Source: a bacterium
GTDB taxonomy: Bacteria; Desulfobacterota; DSWW01
NCBI GenBank assembly: GCA_040756235.1
Contig: JBFLZG010000008.1
Span: forward strand, 16,695 to 80,694
DNA: 64,000 nucleotides
Direction of reading: 5' to 3'
Shown: in pieces, positions 28,808-39,600 of the stretch
Layout of the letters: every line of letters begins with the position of its first letter
Position numbering within the stretch: position 1 is the first letter of the stretch
Made by a program: the position numbers and the translations under genes
Notes under the pieces: generated by a model
Told to the model about the DNA's origin: nothing
Seen by the model: only the letters and a program-made list of their open reading frames with translations
The model's database searches: none

Positions 28808-31800
28808 CGCCCTGCTCAACGAGTTCATCAACGAGTCCCGCGAGCATCTGGCCACGATCGAAGCCGACCTGCTGGCCATCGAGGAGTGCGGCGCCGAGAT
28901 CGACGAGGAGCTCGTGAACAAGGTGTTCCGCGCCGCCCACTCCATCAAGGGCGGGAGCGGCTTCTTCGGCCTGAACAAGGTCAAGGAGCTGGCCCATAGC
29001 TCCGAAACCGTGCTCGACATGCTGCGCTCGAGGAAGATGGCGCCCAACGCGGAGATCACGAACCTGCTGCTCGCCGCCTTCGACCGGCTGCGCGACATGA
29101 TCAATCACCCCGCCGAGAGCGCGAGCGCCGACGTCGCCGATCTGGTGGTGAGCCTGACCGGCCTGGCCTCCTCCTACTTGCCTCCCGAGCAGAAGCCGTC
29201 CCTGACCCGAACCGTCACCCTCGTCCCCTCAGGGGGAGGGGCTCCGGTCACGCTGCCGGAGATCGATCTGGACCGGGTGCGGCGCTCCGGCCAGTACGTG
29301 TACGGCGTGGACTACGACCTCATCCACGACATCGAGCGCCAGGGTCGCAACGTCCTGCAGGTCTTCCGCGACCTCTGGGAGACGGGCGAGATCCTGGACT
29401 GCGTGCTCGATTTCGAGGCGGCCGGCACCCTGGACGAGCCCATCGGAAACCGGCTGCCCCTGCGCCTCGTCTTCGCCACGATCATCGAGCCGGGCGACGT
29501 GGAGGCCCTGTTCCCCGCCAACCGGGACAAGGTCCGTGAGCTGCTGGATCCGCGCCAGGCAGCCGCAGCCGCGGCCGCGCAGGAGCCGGCGGTGCGACAG
29601 CAGACCCCCCTGCCCCGGACAGCCGTCGAGGACGAGAGCGGGCGGCCGCCCAGGCCCGAGCCTGCGGCGCAGCAGCAGCCTCCCTCGTCGGCGCCCGCCG
29701 GCGCGAAGCCCGCGCCGGGCGGCGGCGCGCCCGCGGCAGCGGCCGCCGTCGAGGAAACCATCCGGGTCAACGTCGGGATCCTGGAAACCCTCATGAATCT
29801 GGCCGGCGAGCTGGTGCTGAGCCGCAACCAGCTGCAGGCCTCGATCGCACATAAGAACGGACAGGCCCTGGCTACCGCCGGCCAGCGCATCAGCCAGGTC
29901 ACCTCCGAGCTGCAGGACGCCATCATGCAGACTCGGCTCCAGCCGGTCGGCAACCTCTTCGGCAAGTTCCCGCGCGTGGTCCGCGACATGGCCGGCGCCC
30001 TGGGCAAGGAGGTCCAGCTCGATATCTACGGCAAGGAGGTGGCCCTCGACAAGAGCCTGATCGAAGGGTTGTCCGACCCGCTCACTCACATGATACGGAA
30101 CGCCGTGGACCACGGCATCGAGATGCCCGAGGAGCGCGCCCGGGCCGGCAAGAAGCGCCAGGGCCTCATTCGCATCGAGGCCCGCCACGAAGCCGGCCAG
30201 GTCGTGGTCGAGATCGCCGACGACGGCAAGGGCATCGACCCGGAGCGGGTCGCCCGGGCAGCTCAGAGCCAGGGTCTGGTCACGGCCGAGAAACTTCAGG
30301 GAATGTCGCCTCCGGAGAAGACGGCCCTCATCTTCCTTCCGGGCCTGTCCACGGCCGAGATCGTGAGCGACCTTTCGGGGCGCGGGGTGGGCATGGACGT
30401 GGTCAAGACGAACCTCGACCGCCTCGGCGGCAAGGTTGAGATCCTGTCGGAGAAGGGCGCGGGCACGACCTTCCGCATCAAGCTGCCCCTCACCCTGGCC
30501 ATCATCCCGTCGCTCATCGTCTCGGTCGACGGCGAGCGCTTCGCCATTCCCCAGATCAACGTGGAAGAGCTGCTGCGCGTGCGGCCGGAAGAGGCCAAGA
30601 CCCGCATCGAGAAAGTAGGCAGCGCCGAGGTGCTGCTGCTGCGCGACCGCCTCATCCCGCTCGTGCGGTTCGCCGACCTGCTCGGGGTGGTGCCCACTTA
30701 CGGCGTGGCCAGGACCGGGCTGCGCGAGCTCGATCGTCGTGTCCGCCTCGCGGACCGGCGCTCGCCGCGCCACCCGCTCTCCGCGGAAGAAGAAGAGACG
30801 CAGGCGCCCCAGCCGGCGCCCGGCAAAGAGCAGCCGACGGAGCGCAGCGCTGCCGACCGGCGCCGGAGCACCGCCGGGGCTCTGGAGATCGCGGTGGTCA
30901 CCACCGGCACGCAGACTTACGGGCTCGTGGTCGGCGCCTTCCACGACAACGAGGAGATCGTCGTCAAACCTCTGGGCCGCCATCTCAAGGGCCTGGGCGA
31001 GTATGCCGGCGCGACGATCCTGGGCGACGGCACCGTGGCGCTCATCCTGGACGTGGGCGGCCTGGCAGCCAAGGCGGACCTGGCAGCGGTTTCGGGCACG
31101 GCGCGCGCCCGCCAGCTGGAGAAAGCGGCCGAGCAGGACAAGCTCGCCGACAGCCACGCCCTGCTCCTGTTCCACAACGCACCGGACGAGCTGTGTGCCG
31201 CCCCGCTCGACACGGTGCTGCGCGTCGAGCGGATCCGGCCCGAGCAGGTGGAAACCGTGGGCGGCCGCCGCACCCTGCAATACCGCGGCAGCTCCCTGCC
31301 GCTGGTCACGCTGGCGGATACGGCTTGCGTCAAGCCGATCGGCGATAACCGCGACCTGGCGGTGATCGTCTCCAGCGTGCGCGGCCGCGAAGTGGGGCTG
31401 CTGGGCGCCATGCCGGTGGACGTGGTCGAGACCCGCGCCGACATCGACCAGACCACGCACCGGCAGAAGGGCGTGGCCGGCTCGGCCATCATCCGCGAGC
31501 GCACCTCGCTGATCGCGGACATCTTCGAGCTGGTCGACGCGGTCTGGCCGGAATGGGCCACCGAAAAAAAGGCAGCCGAGCGGCTGCCCGCAGCGGACAC
31601 GCAGGATTCCGCCGTGCTGCTCGCCGAAGATTCGGATTTCTTCCGCGCCCAGGTCCGTCGCTACCTCGAGGAAGACGGCTACGCGGTGCTGGCCGCGGCC
31701 GACGGTGAGGAAGCCTGGGAGCTGCTCCTCGGCAACCTGGATCGGGTGCGGGCGGTCGTGACCGACATCGAGATGCCCCGGCTGAACGGGCTCGGCCTGG

Positions 31801-31994
31801 CCCGGCGGATCCGGGCGGACGAGCGCACGGCCCGGCTCCCGGTCATCGCGCTCACCTCGCTGGCCGGCGATGACGACATCGCCCGCGGCAAATCCGCCGG
31901 CATCGACGACTATCAGGTCAAGCTCGACCGCGACCGGCTGCTCGAGCGGGTGAGGGGATACTGGGCATCGAGCACGCCGCAAGCAGCGGTCTGA
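28800..31994 (+). CDS. cheA: Hybrid CheA (Hpt-dimer-HATPase-CheW-CheW-REC)
   Basis: FRAAHSIKG; LMNLAGELVL; HMIRNAVDHG; SGRGVGMDVV; two CheW-like domains; C-terminal LLAEDS..VTDIEMP receiver. Confidence 0.95.
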   Translation: MDDALLNEFINESREHLATIEADLLAIEECGAEIDEELVNKVFRAAHSIKGGSGFFGLNKVKELAHSSETVLDMLRSRKMAPNAEITNLLLAAFDRLRDMINHPAESASADVADLVVSLTGLASSYLPPEQKPSLTRTVTLVPSGGGAPVTLPEIDLDRVRRSGQYVYGVDYDLIHDIERQGRNVLQVFRDLWETGEILDCVLDFEAAGTLDEPIGNRLPLRLVFATIIEPGDVEALFPANRDKVRELLDPRQAAAAAAAQEPAVRQQTPLPRTAVEDESGRPPRPEPAAQQQPPSSAPAGAKPAPGGGAPAAAAAVEETIRVNVGILETLMNLAGELVLSRNQLQASIAHKNGQALATAGQRISQVTSELQDAIMQTRLQPVGNLFGKFPRVVRDMAGALGKEVQLDIYGKEVALDKSLIEGLSDPLTHMIRNAVDHGIEMPEERARAGKKRQGLIRIEARHEAGQVVVEIADDGKGIDPERVARAAQSQGLVTAEKLQGMSPPEKTALIFLPGLSTAEIVSDLSGRGVGMDVVKTNLDRLGGKVEILSEKGAGTTFRIKLPLTLAIIPSLIVSVDGERFAIPQINVEELLRVRPEEAKTRIEKVGSAEVLLLRDRLIPLVRFADLLGVVPTYGVARTGLRELDRRVRLADRRSPRHPLSAEEEETQAPQPAPGKEQPTERSAADRRRSTAGALEIAVVTTGTQTYGLVVGAFHDNEEIVVKPLGRHLKGLGEYAGATILGDGTVALILDVGGLAAKADLAAVSGTARARQLEKAAEQDKLADSHALLLFHNAPDELCAAPLDTVLRVERIRPEQVETVGGRRTLQYRGSSLPLVTLADTACVKPIGDNRDLAVIVSSVRGREVGLLGAMPVDVVETRADIDQTTHRQKGVAGSAIIRERTSLIADIFELVDAVWPEWATEKKAAERLPAADTQDSAVLLAEDSDFFRAQVRRYLEEDGYAVLAAADGEEAWELLLGNLDRVRAVVTDIEMPRLNGLGLARRIRADERTARLPVIALTSLAGDDDIARGKSAGIDDYQVKLDRDRLLERVRGYWASSTPQAAV

Positions 31995-32054
31995 AACCCT
32001 TGAGCAACCGGTTTGACGATGAAAGAAACCAGACGGACGGAAAGGAGAACGGAC

Positions 32055-34070
32055 ATGGCAACCTTCAAGGACATGAAGATCGGCAGGCGCCTGGCACTGG
32101 GCTTCGGTGCCCTGTCGGCGCTCACTCTGCTGCTGGCGATCCTGGCCTGGTGGGGGATCGGCGCGGTGCAGAAGGATCTGGAAGAAGTCGTGATGGAGGA
32201 CCAGAAGATCCGCACGGCCCACGGCATCCAGAAGGACCTGGACGACCTCTACATGAACGTGTTCAACATCGCGCTCCACAAGGACGCGCGTGACAAGCAG
32301 GAGCATAAAGCCGAGCTGGAGAAGCTGCGCAAGTCCTACGCCGAGCGGATCGACTGGCTGAAGGACGCCGCAGCGACCGAAGAGGGCAGGAAACTCCTGG
32401 GGCGGATCGAAGACGCGATCGAAGCCTCGCGCGAGTCGAACGATCAGGTGATCGCCCTTTCCCTTGAAGGCAGAGAGACCGAGGCGGCCGACACCCTCGT
32501 GCGCGAGGCGGACGTCAAACGGGCCGACATCGAGAACGTTCTGGAGGAGCTCATTGCCTGGCGCGAGAAGCGCCTGAAGGAAACGGACCAGGCGGCGGAG
32601 GCCGCCGCGCGCTGGATGCGCCGCCTCGTTGCCGGCTTCGCCCTCGTCGCCCTGGCCCTCTCGGCCCTGTTCGCCACCCTCATTTCCAGGTCTGTCACGA
32701 GCATCAACACGAAGCTGACGGGCGAGATCGGCAGGGTGGCCGATCGCATCTCGCTCGGAGACCTGAGGGCACGGAGCAACGGCCAGGACGTCCACCCTGA
32801 ATTCCGCCCCGTCCTGGAAGGGCTCGACCGCGTCCAGGCTGCCTTCAACGATCATCTGGACTGTGTGCCCAATCCCCTGATGATCGTCGACAAGGAGTTC
32901 GGCGTCCGCTACATGAACCGCAAGGGGATGGACCTGCTCGGAAAATCGGCGGATCAGCTGGCCGGCGCCAAGTGTTACGACCAGTTCAAGACCTCCGACT
33001 GCAGAACGCAAAAGTGCGCCTGCGGGCGGGCTATGCAGGAGGGGCGGCTGGCCGACAGCGTCACGGACGCGCACCCGCTCGGCATGGACCTGAACATCGC
33101 GTACAGCGGGACGCCGATCAAGGACGACAGCGGCAAGATCCTGGGCGCGCTCGAGATCGTCGTGGACCAGACGCAGATGGCCAAGGCGGTCAACCAGATG
33201 AAGATGGCCTCGGCGACGCTCGCCTCCTCGGCCACGGAGATGTCGGCGGTCTCCGAACAGACGGCCTCGGGAGTGGCGGGCATGTCCGAGAAGGCGAACA
33301 CGGTCGCGGCAGCGGCCGAGGAGTCCAGCGCCAACGCCACTTCCGTGGCAGCGAGCATGGAGCAGGCCTCCTCCAGCCTCACCTCGGTTGCGAGCGCCAC
33401 CGAGGAGATGAGCGCGACGGTGGGCGAGATCGCCTCCAACACCGCCAAGGCCCGCTCGATAAGCGAACAGGCCACCACGCAGGCGCAGGCCGTATCCGAG
33501 CAGATGCAGAAGCTGGGGCAGGCAGCGCAGGAGATCGGGCAGGTGACCGAGACGATCACCAACATCTCGGCCCAGACCAACCTGCTGGCCCTGAACGCGA
33601 CGATCGAGGCGGCGCGGGCCGGCGCGGCCGGCAAAGGCTTCGCCGTGGTGGCCAACGAGATCAAGGAGCTGGCCCGGCAGACGGCCGAGGCCACCGAGGA
33701 CATCAAGGCCCGGATCGCCGGCGTGCAGACTTCGGCCGGGGGGGCCATCACCGACATCGAGCAGATCGCCACCGTGATCAAAGAGGTGGGCGGCATCGTC
33801 GCGGGCATCGCCGCGGCGATCGAAGAGCAGGCTTCGGTCACCAAGGACGTGGCCGGCAACATCGCGCAGGCCTCGGCCGGAGTCCAGGACGCCAACCAGC
33901 GCGTCGCCCAGACCGCCGAGGTTTCCAAATCCATCGCCCGTGACATCGCAGGCGTCAACGCGGCCGTGGCCGACCTCCAGCAGGGCGGCGAGCAGGTGAA
34001 GACCAGCTCGGCCGAGCTGTCCCAGTTGGCCGAGCAGATCAAGGTCCTGGTGGAACAGTTCAGGGTGTGA
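32055..34070 (+). CDS. MCP with four-helix-bundle sensor, HAMP and PAS domains
   Basis: [12 protein letters not shown]1; TM2; [57 protein letters not shown]. Confidence 0.95.
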   Translation: MATFKDMKIGRRLALGFGALSALTLLLAILAWWGIGAVQKDLEEVVMEDQKIRTAHGIQKDLDDLYMNVFNIALHKDARDKQEHKAELEKLRKSYAERIDWLKDAAATEEGRKLLGRIEDAIEASRESNDQVIALSLEGRETEAADTLVREADVKRADIENVLEELIAWREKRLKETDQAAEAAARWMRRLVAGFALVALALSALFATLISRSVTSINTKLTGEIGRVADRISLGDLRARSNGQDVHPEFRPVLEGLDRVQAAFNDHLDCVPNPLMIVDKEFGVRYMNRKGMDLLGKSADQLAGAKCYDQFKTSDCRTQKCACGRAMQEGRLADSVTDAHPLGMDLNIAYSGTPIKDDSGKILGALEIVVDQTQMAKAVNQMKMASATLASSATEMSAVSEQTASGVAGMSEKANTVAAAAEESSANATSVAASMEQASSSLTSVASATEEMSATVGEIASNTAKARSISEQATTQAQAVSEQMQKLGQAAQEIGQVTETITNISAQTNLLALNATIEAARAGAAGKGFAVVANEIKELARQTAEATEDIKARIAGVQTSAGGAITDIEQIATVIKEVGGIVAGIAAAIEEQASVTKDVAGNIAQASAGVQDANQRVAQTAEVSKSIARDIAGVNAAVADLQQGGEQVKTSSAELSQLAEQIKVLVEQFRV

Positions 34071-34084
34071 ACGGAGGCCCGATC

Positions 34085-34588
34085 ATGACGAAGGACTCTG
34101 CCGAACCGAGAACCGGGGAAGGCGGCCTGCTGGTCGCGACCTTTCTGCTGGGCGAGAGCGCCTTCGGGATCGACACCGCTCTGGTGCAGGAGGTGGTGGT
34201 GGCGGGCGAGCTCACGGCCGTGCACCATGCCCCGAGCTACGTGGCCGGCATCCGCAACCTGCGCGGTCGTATCGTGACGGTCATCGACCTCAAGGTGCGG
34301 CTGGACCTGGGCTGCGTCGCGGCCGGGCCGGAGGCCCGCATCCTGATCGTCGACTGGAAAGGAGAGCCGGTAGGCCTGCTGGTCGACCGTGTCGCGGATA
34401 CCGTCGCCCTGGACACCGGTGCCCTCGAGACCGCGCCGCCGAACCTGCATGGGGTCCAGAGCCGCGACCTGCGCGGCGTCTTCCGGGGAGGCGGCCGCCT
34501 CGTAGCCCTGCTCGACCCGGCCGCCGTGCTGGAGCCGGACAGCGCCGTCGGCCCGACCGTGCAAGAGGGCGTCGAGAAGACCTCCTGA
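34085..34588 (+). CDS. cheW: CheW (cluster 2)
   Basis: ATFLLGESAFGID...VAGIRNLRGRIVTVIDL; GGAGG RBS. Confidence 0.94.
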   Translation: MTKDSAEPRTGEGGLLVATFLLGESAFGIDTALVQEVVVAGELTAVHHAPSYVAGIRNLRGRIVTVIDLKVRLDLGCVAAGPEARILIVDWKGEPVGLLVDRVADTVALDTGALETAPPNLHGVQSRDLRGVFRGGGRLVALLDPAAVLEPDSAVGPTVQEGVEKTS

Positions 34589-34674
34589 GGGGCAGGAGGT
34601 AAAAGGGAACTTCGGGAGCCGAACGCAGCACCCTGCCGTTCCTCCACAGACACGCAACGGAAGAGAAAGACGGC

Positions 34675-35799
34675 ATGACGCTCAGGGTCCTGATCGCCGA
34701 CGATGCGATCCTCTTCCGCCGCGTGCTCGCCGACGCGCTGGCCGCGCTTCCCGCCGTCGAGGTCGTGGGGAGCGCCCCGAACGGCCGGCTCACCATCCAG
34801 AAAGTGCGCGAGCTCAAGCCCGACCTGCTCACGCTGGACATCGAGATGCCGCAGATGGACGGGTTGGCGGTGCTCGAGGCGTTGCGCAAGTCGGGCGAGC
34901 GGGTGGAGGTGATCGTGGTGAGCGCCCTCACCCGGCGCGGCGGCGACTTGACCATGCGCGCTCTGGAGATGGGGGCCTTCGACTTCATCACCAAACCCGA
35001 AGCGGCGGGCCCCGAGCTGAGCCGCGAGGCCCTCATCCGCGAGTTGGCGCCGCGGCTGCGCGCCCTCGCCCACCGCCTCGAGGTGCGCTCCATTCTGCGC
35101 GGCCGGCCTGTCGCGGCGTCCGGCGCATCGCCCCCGCCCCGGACGCTGCGGGCGCCGCCACCGGAGGACCTCGCCGGGGTTGCCGGGCGCATGCAGCGTC
35201 TGGCGGCCCCCTCCAGGCCCGAGCTGGTGCTCATCGGAGTCTCCACCGGAGGTCCCGCGGCCCTGGCCCGGCTCCTGCCCGGAATCCCCGGCGACCTGGG
35301 CGTGCCGCTCCTGATCGTTCAGCATATGCCGCCGGTGTTCACGCAATCGCTGGCCGAGAGCCTGGCGGTCCGGTGCGCCGTCAAGGTGCGGGAGGCGGTC
35401 CACGGAGAGCGGGCCGAGCCGAACACGGCCTACATCGCACCGGGCGGCAGACAGATGCGGATCGCGGCCGGGCCGGACGGCCGCCCCCGGATCGAGGTCA
35501 CCGACGACCCTCCGGAGAACAACTGCAGGCCGGCCGTGGACTACCTGTTCCGCTCGGCGGCCCACCACTTCCCCGGATGGGCCATGGCGGTGATCCTGAC
35601 CGGCATGGGCAGCGACGGCACGCTCGGGCTCAGGCTGCTCAAGCGGCACGGCTGCCTGGTCATCGCCCAGGACGAGGCCACCTCCGTGGTCTACGGGATG
35701 CCGAAGGCGGCGGTGGACGCGGGTGTGGTGGACGCCGTCCTGCCGCTGGAAGCGATCGCCGCCAGGATCGCCGCCGCGGCGAAAGGGTGGAAAACATGA
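34675..35799 (+). CDS. cheB: CheB (cluster 2)
   Basis: Receiver plus GVSTGGP, VQHMP, RPAVDYLF, LTGMGSDG. Confidence 0.96.
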   Translation: MTLRVLIADDAILFRRVLADALAALPAVEVVGSAPNGRLTIQKVRELKPDLLTLDIEMPQMDGLAVLEALRKSGERVEVIVVSALTRRGGDLTMRALEMGAFDFITKPEAAGPELSREALIRELAPRLRALAHRLEVRSILRGRPVAASGASPPPRTLRAPPPEDLAGVAGRMQRLAAPSRPELVLIGVSTGGPAALARLLPGIPGDLGVPLLIVQHMPPVFTQSLAESLAVRCAVKVREAVHGERAEPNTAYIAPGGRQMRIAAGPDGRPRIEVTDDPPENNCRPAVDYLFRSAAHHFPGWAMAVILTGMGSDGTLGLRLLKRHGCLVIAQDEATSVVYGMPKAAVDAGVVDAVLPLEAIAARIAAAAKGWKT

Positions 35800-36647
35800 A
35801 CGGCGTCGCCATCACGCGCGACGAGCTGGCCGTCTGGTCCCGGTACATCCGGGAGATCTGCGGCATTCACCTCGACGACTCCAAGAAGTATCTGCTCGAG
35901 ACCCGGCTGGGCGGGCTGCTGCGCGAAACCGGCGCGGGAAGCTTCTCCGAGCTGTTTCACAAGAGCCGGGCGGACATGACCCAGGCGCTGCGCCGCAAGA
36001 TCATCGACGCCATCACCACGAACGAGACTTCCTTCTTCCGGGACACGGCGCCTTTCGATCTGCTCCGCCACAAGCTGATCCCGGAGCTCATCGACCGGCG
36101 CAACCGTGCCGGCGCGGGCCGCGCGCCGCTGCGCTTCTGGAGCGCAGCCTGCTCGACCGGACAGGAGGTCTACAGCATGGGCATCGTGCTCAAGGAGGTC
36201 CTGGGTGATCTGTCCCGCTACGACATCCGCATCCTCGGCACCGACATTTCCGACCAGGCCATCGGTCGAGCGAGCTACGGCTGCTATGGCCGTCTGGAGC
36301 TCGACCGCGGCATGCCGCCGGAGCTGCGCATCCGCCATTTCGCCGCCGCCGGCGACCAGTGGAAGATCCGCGACGAGATTCGAGCCCTGGCCACCTTCCG
36401 CACCCTGAACCTCCTGGAGCCTTTCGCCTTTCCCGCCCCGTTCGACATCATATTCTGCCGCAACGTGGCCATCTACTTCACCGAGTCGGACAAGGTGCGC
36501 CTGTTCCGGACCCTGGGCCGATGGCTGGCCAGGGACGGGTGCCTCATGGTCGGCGCCACGGAATCCATCACCGGGCTTTGCCCCGAGCTCGAAGCCAAAC
36601 GGCATCTGCGCACGGTCTTCTATCAGCTGAAAGAGCCGAAGCCCTGA
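35796..36647 (+). CDS. cheR: CheR (cluster 2)
   Basis: TTNETSFFRD; WSAACSTGQE; GTDIS; IFCRNVAIYF; start at 35796 overlapping the cheB stop (ATGA). Confidence 0.96.
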   Translation: MNGVAITRDELAVWSRYIREICGIHLDDSKKYLLETRLGGLLRETGAGSFSELFHKSRADMTQALRRKIIDAITTNETSFFRDTAPFDLLRHKLIPELIDRRNRAGAGRAPLRFWSAACSTGQEVYSMGIVLKEVLGDLSRYDIRILGTDISDQAIGRASYGCYGRLELDRGMPPELRIRHFAAAGDQWKIRDEIRALATFRTLNLLEPFAFPAPFDIIFCRNVAIYFTESDKVRLFRTLGRWLARDGCLMVGATESITGLCPELEAKRHLRTVFYQLKEPKP

Positions 36648-36657
36648 GGGCCCGGAC

Positions 36658-39600
36658 ATGACGGAGAACCTGGACTACATCCATCTGGTCTATGGGTCTT
36701 CCTTCCTGCTCCTGGGTCTCCTGGCGTACGGGCGGCGGCGCGAGGGGCCGCGCGCCCTTCCCTGGGCCCTGCTCGCGTGGTTCGGCCTGCTTCACGGCAT
36801 GCACGAATGGCTCGAGCTGCTGGCGCTCGGCATCCGTGACGCAGCGGCGTTCGAGGCCGCACGCCTGGCGTTCCTGGCAGCCTCCTTTGCTGCGCTTTTC
36901 GAATTCGGCCGGACGGGCCTCGAAGCGCAGGGCGCGCGCCCGCCCGGGCGCCTCGTTCTCCTGCCGCTTCTGGCGCTGGCGGCGTCGGGGGGGCTGGCGG
37001 GAACCTCCGGGCTGGACCCCGGCTGCCGCTACGCCCTCGGGCTGCCGGGCGCGCTGCTGGCCGGCTGGGCGCTGCTGCGCGCCTCCCATGCCCCTGCGCA
37101 GAAGGAAGGGGTCCGCGCCGGCCTGGCTCTGGCCGGCGCCGCGATGCTCGGTTACAGCCTGCCCACCGGCCTGGTCGTACCCCGGGCCTCCTTCTTTCCG
37201 GCTTCCGTGCTCAACGCGGAAGGCTTTCTTGCGACACTGGGATTCCCCGTCCAGCTGCTGCGGACCCTGTGCGCCGCGTGCGCCGCGGCCGGCCTCTGGC
37301 TGGTCTTCCGGCGCTCCCCGGGGACGGTCGAGGACAGGCCCGGGTTGATCCGCAGCTGGGCGCTTGCTGCGGCGCTGGCAACGGTGCTGGCCGCGGGCTG
37401 GTGGGGGGCCGGCTGGAGCGGCCGGGTGCACGATGCCGGCCGGCGCGCCGAGCTGCTGGCCCAGGCCCGCGGCATCGCCGCAACCGTCAATCCGAGCCGC
37501 GCCAAAGCTCTCGCTTTCACCGGCGCCGACCTGGGAAATCCGGCATTCTCGCGTCTGGAGGTGCAGCTCAAGTCCTACCACCCGCTGATGACGGCCGGGG
37601 TGCGCGGCATCTACACCCTGGCGCTCCGGAACGACGAGGTCCGGTTCGGACCGCAGAGCCGCCCCCGGGGCGACCCGCTGGCCTCTCTGCCGGGCGAGAG
37701 CTACCAGAAGCCCCCGGCGGAGCTCCTGGAGGTCTTCCGGTCGCGCCAGGCCCGCACCGTCGGCCCCTACGCGGACGAGCGCGGCACCCTGCTGAGCGCC
37801 CTGGCTCCGGTGATCGATCCCCGCACCGGAGAGACCCTCCTGGTCGTCGGGTTGGACGTCGAGGCCAGCGACTGGGAACGCCAGATCGCCCGGCACCGGC
37901 TGCCGGCGCTCCTCTTCACACTGGTGCTGACGGCGCTCCTGCTCGGTGGCGCAGCTCTCCTGCGGCGGCCCGCCGCGCTCGACGTCAGGGCGCAGCCGTT
38001 CTGGATGCGCCACTTCGAGCCGGGGCTTGCGGCCCTGTGCGGCCTCCTGCTGAGCGCGGCCGCGTCGCTGGCGGCCCATGACAACGAGACCCGCTCCCGC
38101 GGCGCCGTCTTCGAGCAGGTCGCAGAGGCGCAAGCCGCACAGTTCCGTCAAATCCTGCATGACCTCCGTGCCGAGCTGTACGGGTTGGCCCGCTTCCTCG
38201 AATCCGCCCGGGAGATCGCGGCGGACGAGTTCCGCGCCTATGCTCTGCCTCTGGCACGATCGGAGTCCGTTCACGCCTACGGGTGGGTTCCGTGCGTGCC
38301 GGCTGAAGGCAAACAGGCGTTCGAGATCGAAGCGCGTAGACAGGGGCCCGCCGCATACGCCATCTTCCGGAGGGACGCCGCCGGCGCACGCCTGCCCGCC
38401 GACGGGCGCGGCCCCTACTTCCCGGTTCTGTTCGTGGAGCCGCTGGCGGCCAAGGAGCGCGTGCTCGGCTTCGACATGGGGTCGGAAACCGTGCGGCGCG
38501 CCGCCATCGAAGAGGCGGCACGCAGCGGATTCCCCACGGCCACCGATCCGGTCGGGCTCGTCATCGCGACCGGCCGGCCCAGCTCGCAGCTGGTCTTCCA
38601 TCCGGTCTTCTCGACCCGACAGGACGGCTCCCTGCGCGGGTTCGCCCTGCAGGTCCTGAGTATGGAGTCGCTGCTGAAACAGACCTTTGCGGCGGTCAGC
38701 AGCTCACAAGTCGCCGTGGACCTTCTTCTCCTCGAACCCGGCCGGCCCGCTGCGCTGCTGGCCTCGACCGACCCGGAAGACACCCGGAATCACGAGGGCA
38801 CGGCCGGAATCCTGCACCGCGACGCGCATGCGGCGTTCACCTCCCCGGTCTTCGCGTTCGGCAAGGCCTATGCCCTGGTGATCTATCCCGGGCCCGGCCT
38901 TCTGACGGCGCGCCCAGGGAGGGCCGGGCGCCTGGTGTTCCTGGTCGGGCTTGTGCTCACGGCGCTGGCAACCGCCCGGATCGGCGCCGCGGCAGGCCGC
39001 CGCCGGGAACTGGAGCGCCAGGTGGCTGCCCGCACGGCGGCGCTGCGCGAGAGCGAGGAGAAGTTCCGGCTTCTCTTCGAAAACGCCCTGGTCGGGGTGA
39101 TGCTGCACGAAATCATCCGCGACGAGCAGGGCGCTCCGTCGGACTACCTGTTCGTGGAGGCCAACGCGGCATTCGAAACCCTCACCGGCCGGCGCCTGAG
39201 CGAGGCGTTGGGCAAAAAGGTCAAAGCCGGGTTCGGGTTCGGTGTGATCCGACACACCCCGCTCATCAGCGTGTTCGATCAAGTCGCGCGCACCGGCGAG
39301 CCGGTGCTGCTCGAGCAGTTCATCGCTCCCCTCGGGCGCCATTACCTCATGAACGTGCTGCGCATCGGGGAGCGGCGCATGGGGACGGTCTTCCTCGACA
39401 TCACCGAGCGCAAACGGGTCGAACAGACGCTGCGCGAGAGCGAGGAGCGCAACCGCCGCATCGTCGAGACGGCCAACGAAGGCGTCTGGTCGATCGACGC
39501 GGACCACCGCACCACGTTCGTCAACCCCACCATGGCCCGCATGCTCGGCTACGAGACCGACCGGATGCTCGGCGTCCCTTTGGAGCGCTTTCTGCCCCCT

